Shown: positions 55,007-64,000 of the stretch, piece by piece
Position numbering within the stretch: position 1 is the first letter of the stretch
Layout: the number at the start of each line of letters is the position of its first letter
Assembly: GCA_030141605.1 (NCBI GenBank)
Contig: JAQGDQ010000172.1
Coordinates: forward strand, 310,001 to 374,000
DNA length: 64,000 nt
Direction: 5' to 3'
DNA from: Tubiluchus corallicola
Taxonomy: Eukaryota > Animalia > Priapulida
Notes under the pieces: model-generated
Databases searched by the model: none
The model's input: only the letters and a program-made list of their open reading frames with translations
Told to the model about the DNA's origin: nothing
Translations under genes and position numbers: made by a program

Positions 55007-55365
55007 ATTGACTAAGACATAGATAATAGACATGGACAGAGACTAAAACCGGAACTTCTTCTTTAGCAAGGTCTCATTTCATCCATTGTAGACAATTAGA
55101 GTATTCCATCCACTAAAAGCACAAGTTCTTCTACTCCTAAAGACAGATTGTTGATGTAGTTGAACATATTTATTTATCTTAACTAATTGTTGCCAGGTGG
55201 TTTTTTGCATGACTTTAAGGCTTCCTTTAAGGCGATTCTTACTACTGGCTGGTACGTCACTTGGTAATCTTAGAAGATGTCCTAGTCATTCTAATCTTCG
55301 GATCTTGATTTCTGAACTTCATAAATTTCTTTCGTTTTAGTGTACATATCTTCACTTAATTCAAA
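55007..55365 (-). mobile_element. 3' fragment of an RTE-like LINE
   Basis: Minus-strand remnant EIKIRRLE*LGHLLRLPSDVPA / RIALKEALKSCKKPPG matches the RTE-type R-R-L-x-W-x-G-H motif (W codon mutated to TGA); ends in a (TATG)n tail. Confidence 0.7.
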
Positions 55366-55688
55366 ACTACAACGTCATTGTTAAATATTTTTCATGATCA
55401 TTGATCAATAAGAAATATAATAATTAAAACAGACTAGTGTAATTACCAATGATTTTTAATATGACAAAACAAAAAATTGTACTTGAAATTAGATAAATTT
55501 TATTGTGCACGGTAAATTTTCTTACTATCAATTTCGAGTAAAACCCGCAAATTTAGGTGTTAAAAACCGCGAATAGCCGATCATCCGAAATTATTCCCTT
55601 TTTGTAATCCAAAGTTAGTGTGGATTCCGCATCTTCATCCAGCATTTCTGTGGCAAATCCGCATCCGCCATTCACTGACTGTGATCAC

Positions 55689-56843
55689 TAGGGGCAAGCA
55701 ATTCTAGAAATCGAATTTCGAACCGAATTTTTGGCTTTCGAATTAAAAATTTTATCGAATGTAGCCCAGAGATCGTGGATAGCAGATTGAGATCATGCCG
55801 CAGTTACGAAAGAGACAGAATTTACAGTCTGCGGATTGCTGATAGTGAATCGGTTGCCGATGTTCAGTTTGCGAATTCTAAGGCCTCTATATTCGGATTT
55901 TACGCGATATTGTGGCTACAAACAAATTAGACCATTTGTGTAAGGTAAACTTTAAATTGTTTGCACAAAAAGCTTACCCAATTTCAGGACAATTTTTTAT
56001 TTTGTCATGACAATTATGGTTTGTGCTGTGGTGTGATCGATAATATGGTGGGGTGATATATGTACATCGTGTGGTGAGCTGTCTTTGAGGGCTTCGAGCA
56101 AAATTTCTTTATGGGGTCTGGCTATAATAATTTATTATTGATTAATGATTATATATCCAACCTTAATACTGATAAAGTTTTTAATATATATAGAAGGCAC
56201 ACATAGCTTGTCTAGTTTTTTGCTTACGATCTTGCTGATACGCGACTGCTCAATTTCATATAAACGGCGGATTTTGCAGTGCGGATAAATGAAAAAGTGA
56301 TAATCGCGATCACTGATGTCCTCTACTGCGGGCGACTTGCACTTATACAAAAGCACTGTAGTAATAAATACATACACCTGTTGGTATGTCAATGGAAGTT
56401 ACAATTAATTACCGCTACATAGATCTGTATAAGCCAAAAAATGGTTTTAGATCCGTTTTTGTGCTGTATGGCAGTTGACAGAATAAACAATATTGAAAAT
56501 GTGTAAGCAATGCTAAACATAATTATTTGCTTCAGAACTTGATACTGAAATGATGATGCATTATGACGACACTGAAAGACTGGTAAGCATCAAACAAATA
56601 AGTTTTAAAGAGCTTTTTAGTTCGAACTCGATTTAGACGTAAAATCACAATTTTTAAACAAAAATATTAGTATTTTTAGGGCGGAAGAAAATCAAGCAAT
56701 GTGCACAACATATAATTGTCTTTGTGAGATCACTTTTAATTTATTAATGATTCGAAAATTTATTCGAAAATCTTCACAACTGAATTTGATTGTGATTCGG
56801 ATTTGAAATCCTTAAATTTGGTATGATTTGAGTCTGCTCTGGT
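55689..56843. mobile_element. Degenerate composite hAT-like non-autonomous element
   Basis: TTCGAA/TTCGGA-rich subterminal blocks at both ends; internal 56040-56140 matches the reverse complement of 59840-59940. Termini are poorly defined. Confidence 0.5.
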
Positions 56844-58276
56844 AGAGAATGCACAATCCTATTGACGATATTAAAATTATAATTATTGTAGCAGTAGAGA
56901 TCGAAAATAACACAGAAGGATGTTGGAGCTTTCTGATAGTGAATGCTCACGTACCCTGTTGATTACATTGAGACAGTAGCCAATAAGGAGTGAAAATAAG
57001 GTCAAAAAGATGTTTAAGAATTGCAGAGAGGCAGTAGCCAATAGTGCTTGATGAAAATTTGCTTAGATGAAGCTAAAACTTTATTAATCTGTAGAAATAT
57101 CATCATTAATGCAATTTGAAACATGGTCAAACATTCAAATGGGTGAGTTATGAATTAGAAAAAGTTTAGGGAAGATCTTTGAAAAGTCTTATGAGATTGT
57201 CAAAGACTACTGTAGCTCAATACTAGCGCCATTATTTGAATTTGGTATATATAACCCATTAATGATCACATTAATTAAAAAAGAAGACTTACGTCTTATA
57301 GGAAGCATATTTTGCCAAATAAAGAGTGATTAGCAAATGAGCTCTTGGAGCCCCAATTGAATGAGATATACAGCTGATAAAATGGAATTAACATAGACAA
57401 AGAAGGTGATAAGTAAAAAAGCAAAATGAAAATAATAAATTAATGAAATAACAAAATTCTTGTAAGTTTATTAATGAAATCCAAAATAAAAGACCTAGTA
57501 AAAATATTGCAGAAACAAGTTCAAAACTGACATTTTCTCAAAGAATAAATAAAATCGGCTTGAAAGGGTATCTGGCAAACCAACTCTTTTATAAATGTTA
57601 TTTTATTATGTCCAATGGGAGGTATTGAACAATACACGACACATTACTGTCAGAATATTTTGTTGTTTTTTGTGTAAGGGAGATGATAAAATTTAGTTAG
57701 ATTTTAGTTCAGTGATGTTGTAAGAGACAGTAGTGAAAGACTGTTGAAAGCATTGAGGTTTATGGAAGATTGTACGTGTTGCAGAAAAATTTTCGTGTAG
57801 TTGATATGAATGATAGCAATGATGATAAATAAAAATTATTAATGCAGTGTTCAAAATCCTTTGCAAACAATTACGAATTAGTTAGCTACATGAGTGGGAA
57901 CTGGAGGGCGCGAGCGATCAGTGTATTCACGCTGATAATACCAGCCATTGGTTTTTTATTTGGAGATCCAACTGACACTGCACGTCTTTACTTGATTCAG
58001 TGTTAATCAACGTCCAATAATAATTTTACTGTTTAAGCGTCTTGTGTTTTTAACTATCCTCCCGAATCTCCCCTAACAAAAGATTACGTTGCACAATGTG
58101 CGTGTCTATACTTCAAAGTTTTGTCGTTTTCTCTTGAACGCAGCTTAGTTAAATAAAATCAAGTCGACCTTAATTTTGTCTGTTAAATCAAGATTGCTCT
58201 GTTTGCTCGTCTTGTATACCTGATTACCTGTAGATGTTGAACTTTAAAGCTTTCTGTGCGGGAACTTATTTTTAAG

Positions 58277-59219
58277 CAGTGGCTAGAGGTACGGATCCGT
58301 ACTCGTCTTTTCTGCGATACCGAATACGGATCCGTATTCGTAGCTATTTTTGCAACAAATACGGATCCGTGCTTTTTGTGACATTTACAAAACATATTTT
58401 TACCATTGCAGACAATGGTTCACTGTTGCAATTTCGTGAGAGTTACTGGAGTTGTAAAGCAGCAGAACTCCAGTAAAAAAACATTTTATAATTATTAAAA
58501 ATTAAAACGGGTATGCACAGTAGTCGGATATTCACATTCTTTTTAAAGGTATTTATCAGTAGAAATATTAACTAACGTCAAACAAGTACCCTAAAACTTC
58601 TGTAATCCATTACATTATTATTATATTAAATGTTCAAGCACTAATAATGCTAATTAGTGAGATAAAACTGTTACAATGGGAAGACGCATATGTATTCAAT
58701 TGACAATATAAACATATTCTTATCAGAAAAAAAATTAAAAGTTTAGCATAATATAAGAAAAAAGTTTTAATCTAATCCTGTTGTTTTTCATATGCAAACG
58801 GGGATAAACGCTTCTTTCATATCAAAAACAGGCAAACTTTTTAGTAATAAAGCATGACTCGTTCACCATAATATGGCAGAGTGTTGCGCGCATTCACCGC
58901 ATGTCCTATCTACGGATTACGTAATATAGATATCTATGAGGATGTTCAATTTCACTCAATCCGCAGATCTAGCGGATGCGGATATTTACAATTGTGGATT
59001 TTGAGGTTGCCGATAAACAAGAAAGCGATATATTACCCCTGTCTGACGGCAAACCGTATTTCTCGTCAATATCTTTCACGGTACGGCGATCCATATTTTC
59101 GCGTTAATATCGTTCGCCGTACGGATCGATCCGTATTTTCTAGTGAATGCTTTAGAGACACGGATCCGCATATTTAGTTGCATGCAGTTCCGGATACGGA
59201 TCCGTACCTTTAGTCACTG
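58277..59219. mobile_element. hAT-like MITE with ACGGATCCGT palindrome arrays, copy 1
   Basis: TIRs cagtggctagaggtacggatccgta / tacggatccgtacctttagtcactg (23 of 25 match). No convincing 8-bp TSD. Confidence 0.85.
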
Positions 59220-59556
59220 CCTTATTTTTTATGTTAATCGTAAATGGGTTTCGTCGAATTTTGAATAAAGAACAAATTAATTGTTTGTAAGTATGACTGT
59301 TACCGTGAATAGACTCGATCCTCTTCACCAAAATTGGCGAGCAAATAGACATCAACAAAAAATGTCTGTTTGCAAGATCAATAAGTGAATTACACGAATT
59401 TACTTTCTTGTTTGTAGTACAAACATGTGTTAACATTGTTCACATCATTTATTTGCAAACACCCATGTACAGTCAAGTAATTTTGCTGTAAAACTATATT
59501 GGAGAAAATAAATGTTCTATGTCTATGTCAAGTCATAAGTGGTATATTGTCTAAGG

Positions 59557-60932
59557 CAGTGACTAAAGGTACGGATCCGTATCTCGAAAGCATTCACTAG
59601 AAAATACAGATCGCCGTACCGTGAAAGATATTGACGAGAAACTACTACGGATCGCCATCAGAGACGGGCGGATATCACTTTCTTGTTTATCCGCAACTGC
59701 AAAATCCACGGATTGAGTGAAATTGAATATCCTCGTATCTGCAATATCTGCAAAATGTGGGCAGTAAATTAACTGGGCGTGGCATGTGTGCTGTATTGCT
59801 GAAAACCGTTTCTTAATGTAAAGCTAGGAGATATCATCGCAAATCAATAATAAATTGTTAGCCAGACCCCAACTTTGCTTGTGAACCTTCAATGACAACT
59901 CACACAGCACGATGTACGTAGTACATCATTCAACCATATCGTGCCCTTCACACTTCATATATATTAATTCTTTATTTGTCATTAAAAGGTTCACTCATTA
60001 TAAAAAATTTGAGTAAGCCTCAGTGTAATGTTAAAATAATAACACTGTTCAAGACAAATGTGTCCAGTGCAGATTAAGAAAAACTAAAGTGCAAAACTAA
60101 AAACTAATTATTTGCAATAAATGGACATTTTTACAAAACAGTAATTACAAAAGTACATTAAATTTTACTTGACATTTACACTGTATATACATTTGACATG
60201 ATACAATTAACAAAACACGCTTTACATTACATAATTAACATGATTAACATAATTAATATGGGACTTGGCTCATACAAAGATGCTTTAAAATGCTTACTGT
60301 GACAAACAAAATAATAAATCAAGCAAGTAATACTGGCACGCTATAATATTCACAGCATGAATTATTTGGCAACAGGTGCATGTAACAGTTTAGCAGCTCT
60401 TATAAATTAGACCTACTGTATATCACATAAAGACTAAAAATTTAGGTTATGTTCGATAAGTCAATAAATCACAACCCAAACTAAGGAAAAATACAGGGTA
60501 GTAGGTTATCACATTCATAACACTCTATAGAAAAAATAAGGGCTTAGTAGGTCATCATATTACAACACTCTAAGAAATTCATAACTCTCTAAGATTTAAA
60601 CTCTTGCAACAGCATAATATCAAAGCTAACAATTTGCAAGACTAACATTTATTAATATTTACAGTGTAACTTATATCATCACGAAGAAAAATGGTATTGA
60701 AGAAAAATGGTACGGCTACAGGTTGTATAATGCCATATCACCATTTTCATGAAGTGGGCATGTACTTTTCAATGATGTACAGGGCACATGGTCAAATGCC
60801 GTATGTCGTAAAAATGGTCAAAATCCGTATGTTTTGTAAATGTCAAAAAAGCACTGACCCGTATTTGTTGCAAAAATAGCTATGAATACGGGATCCAGAA
60901 AAGCCGAGTACGGATCTGTACCTCTACCACTG
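59557..60932. mobile_element. hAT-like MITE with ACGGATCCGT arrays, copy 2 (inverted relative to copy 1)
   Basis: Starts cagtgactaaaggtacggatccgta, ends tacggatctgtacctctaccactg. Both subterminal regions match copy 1 in reverse complement; the interior differs. Confidence 0.8.
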
Positions 60933-61006
60933 TCATTGCCTAAACATAACGTCTAAATTTACGAAAAGTCTCTCGTTGCTATATGGAGGTTTAGCATACA
61001 CAGACA

Positions 61007-61379
61007 CAGCGCCGAATTATCGTGTGGTATAGTGTATAGCCTGCAGCCCTTCAAACTTGGGAGTTGGAGGCCCTCAAGCTTTGGTAGCATTTGGTAAAAC
61101 ATCTGTTTTTTTAGTATGGTTGTGTTGAATTATGTTCTAATTTGGTTTGCGATAAATAGTAAGATAGTGGTATTCCTTCAAAGAATATTTTTATTGACAA
61201 ACAAAAGATAACTATTCTAGTTTACTTAAGGAATTTGCAATAAATTTTCTTCAAACTATGTAAATGTCATTAAAATATATCGCGAGTAAAAAAACATTTG
61301 AGGCGGCTGCCTGCTAGCTAGAGGGTGGCTCCATAACTTTATTAGCCTAGTTGCCCCAAAAGTTCATAATCCGGCCCTG
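61007..61379. mobile_element. hAT (Tip100-like) MITE
   Basis: TIRs cagcgccgaattat / ataatccggccctg; TSD cacagaca / cacagacc (7 of 8 match). Confidence 0.8.
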
Positions 61380-61818
61380 CACAGACCTATGGGCCACAAA
61401 GCTTGCTAGCCTAAGTTCTAACTCTCAGACACCTACAGAAGAGGGCAGTTGATAGAATTAAAATATAGTACTCTATGAAACATTTTATCTGCATTGATGC
61501 GTGTACTTTGTTTAGACTTCGAAGTGGCTTGGTGTGGCACAATTTGATTGGCCTAGGAAATTAGATTCTAAAGTTAAGATTATTACTATTAGATCTGTTA
61601 CTATTATTACTATTAGATTAAATTAACTTTATAGTACAAACTGTAGAGTGATTCATTAAAACAAACCCTGATTAATTTCTAGTAGATGTATATTTGCTGT
61701 TGTACGAAAATGTGAACACTAATAAAATTAAATGAATTTGCTATATTCCATCCTTACTCATCAAATATGTTTATTTTGCAGGTCGCTGTACAAATAATTT
61801 TAAGCAGCTGCAGAAATC

Positions 61819-62820
61819 ATGGTGGAACATAAGGGACATGCAATTAGCGAGGAAGAAGCTGCCTTATATGACAGACAAATTCGCTTATGGGGTCTAGATG
61901 CACAGAAACGATTAAGGGGTAGTCATGTCTTAATAGTAGGGCTTCATGGCCTAGGAGCAGAAATTTGTAAAAACATTGTTCTAGCTGGAGTTAAAGCTGT
62001 TACACTGCTTGACGATGAAAATGTCACTGAAGAAGACAGAAATTCACAGTTCCTCGTGGAACCAGCAGATGTTGGTAAAAATAGGGCACTCTGCTCCGTG
62101 GAGAGGACTCAGCAACTGAATCCGATGGTCATCATTGATGCCGACACACAGAATGTCAGCGAAAAAAGTGACCAGTTTTTCCACAATTTCGATGTTGTTT
62201 GTCTCACTGGCTGTGTCAAGGAACAGTTGATCCGTGTTAACAATATATGCCACTCACAAGGGATCAAATTCTTTGCAGGTGATACGTTCGGATATTATGG
62301 TTTTCTGTTTCTTGACTTATGCCATCATGATTATGTTGAAGAAGTTCGTCATGTTATTACTAAGGATGATAACAGTGGCAGCAAGAAGCAGAAAGTAGAT
62401 GAGACCAAACTTGTGAAACGATCCGAAACTTACATTACTTTCCAGGACGTGTTGGAGTTTGACTGGTCCACTCCCAAAGCTGTTAAGGGACTCAAGAAGA
62501 CACCGTCGACTTATTTCCTTTGTTTAGTGCTATTGCAGTTTCGCTGGTTGCATGGAAGATTGCCTTGTCATGGGGATCACGACCAACTGCTTGCGGTCAA
62601 GCAAAAAGTTTTGGAAGAACTGAAAGTTGACAAGAACATTTTGTCCGACTCATTTGCTGAACATTGTAAAGGTGAACTGAGTCCAGTATGTGCTATTGTT
62701 GGAGGCATTTTAGGCCAAGAAATAATCAAGGCTGTATCGTGTAAAGATGCGCCTCATAATAACTTTTTCTTCTTTAATGGTATTGAAGGCAGTGGGCTTG
62801 TAGACTGCATCGGCAAATGA
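61819..62820 (+). CDS. SAE1: SUMO-activating enzyme subunit 1 (Aos1), single coding exon, 333 aa
   Basis: Uninterrupted ORF with ISEEEAALYDRQIRLWGLDAQKRLR, GLHGLGAEICKNIVLAGVK, LNPMV, basic KKQK segment, PVCAIVGGILGQEIIKAVS and PHNNFFFFNG. Good start context (aatcATGG). A 3' splice acceptor (tttattttgcag) ends at 61781, just upstream. Confidence 0.96.
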   Translation: MVEHKGHAISEEEAALYDRQIRLWGLDAQKRLRGSHVLIVGLHGLGAEICKNIVLAGVKAVTLLDDENVTEEDRNSQFLVEPADVGKNRALCSVERTQQLNPMVIIDADTQNVSEKSDQFFHNFDVVCLTGCVKEQLIRVNNICHSQGIKFFAGDTFGYYGFLFLDLCHHDYVEEVRHVITKDDNSGSKKQKVDETKLVKRSETYITFQDVLEFDWSTPKAVKGLKKTPSTYFLCLVLLQFRWLHGRLPCHGDHDQLLAVKQKVLEELKVDKNILSDSFAEHCKGELSPVCAIVGGILGQEIIKAVSCKDAPHNNFFFFNGIEGSGLVDCIGK

Positions 62821-64000
62821 CGAGCTCTCCAGAATCCACAGGAATATTTGCCTTGCAAAAGCTCAGTTATTGTGTTTACATGTTAACTGTCATCAAGCAT
62901 TCACTTTCAGAAAGTAATATCATGATCTAACTAATTACAATGTAAAGCTACTTATTGAAGAGAATTTTGACATTCAATACATATTGCGCTATTATGTAAA
63001 CTGTTGTCCTCATGCATCACTTATAGAATAATCTGCTGCAGTGGCAGATATAATATGTATAATCTGTAATAAGTATAAATATTCAAGTGTATAGGCTATG
63101 CGAGTATACATACACTGCTGAACAGTGTCAGATGAATGGGGCTTATAGTAATTCTTGTGAATGTGTCCTGTCAATTTAAAATACTAACTTGTAAAAATTT
63201 CTGAAAAATGCAATATAACAGCACGAATGTCAAAACAAATAACACATCATTCAGTATGGTATATAAAATTTCAATTGAAACATTTGTCACAGTCTTAGAC
63301 AGATAAATAATATTAATAACATTATTAGTTGAATACAAAATAGGCCATGCCATTTTTGCAAAATACATAGTTGGAAAATGCTTATGAAGTTTATAAACTT
63401 TTGGCAATATTGTAGATTATATGTTCCTATGCCCAGTCCAATAAAGAGAGCTGCTGTACAACCACTAAATAAGCTTAAACATGTAATAACATAAATACAC
63501 GTACTCGCCCACAAAAATAAAAAGTATAAGTACAGTGTACAAAGATGTGTAAAAGTTTTCAAAGCAGTTTTTAAGTGGACTAACAAAACTGCAATTAGTC
63601 AAGCTATAGTAACTTGAAAAGAACATTTTCTGTTACTAAGATTTTTCAGACAGCAAATTTTCTGAAAGTTTTGTCAAGTAGAACTTTCATTTCAATAAGT
63701 AACGAAAGGTGAGCAACAAATTTGCATTAAAATAATCTCACTCGTTACCTAGTCCCAGAATCGTAATTGTAGGTGTTAATTTCTGTAATAAATGAGTACT
63801 ATAAAAATGAGTCACTGAGTTAGACATAATCAGTAATCAGTACAAGACCTATGCCATTTTTTACATATACACAAATTTACAAATCTTTATTGTCCTTTGC
63901 TGCCGTTTTTCTCAATAGGAATCTCAAATTCTAACAAATTGCCCCTAAATGTTGCATTTTCAACATGAGCAACAGTCATCTAAATACATGTTAAAATTTC

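Noticed and set aside
61750-61781. U12-type branch point (tccttact) before the SAE1 acceptor
   Set aside because: Does not match TCCTTAAC, and I found no plausible GTATCCTT donor upstream; none of the introns reconstructed here has a U12 donor.
63171-63586. Two overlapping hydrophobic minus-strand ORFs (78 and 99 aa)
   Set aside because: No recognisable domain or convincing splice structure; composition is expected from AT-rich DNA, probably the SAE1 3' UTR region (AATAAA near 63440, 63516 and 63788).

Overview
AT-rich, intron-rich eukaryotic DNA, most likely from an invertebrate animal. There is no sign of a prokaryotic system. I reconstructed four host genes by hand from splice signals and reading-frame continuity. 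On the minus strand: LRP5/6 (Arrow-like Wnt co-receptor; 24 exons in the window, 3' end runs off the left edge), a complete 11-exon UMP synthase, and a complete 7-exon nucleoredoxin with two intact WCPPC sites. On the plus strand: SAE1/Aos1 (SUMO E1 subunit), whose CDS has no introns. Introns and intergenic DNA hold many non-autonomous DNA transposons (hAT-like, Tigger/pogo-like, others), two solo LTRs with clean target-site duplications (TSDs), and a nested LINE/LTR pile-up at 52-55 kb. The points most worth checking are a GC-AG intron in LRP5/6, inverted transposon copies bracketing exactly the first propeller-EGF module of LRP5/6, stacked uORFs in its leader, the LRP5/6-nucleoredoxin linkage, and a possible retrogene origin and shared promoter for SAE1. 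I did not find anything I can support as a wholly new biological system; the findings are testable hypotheses.
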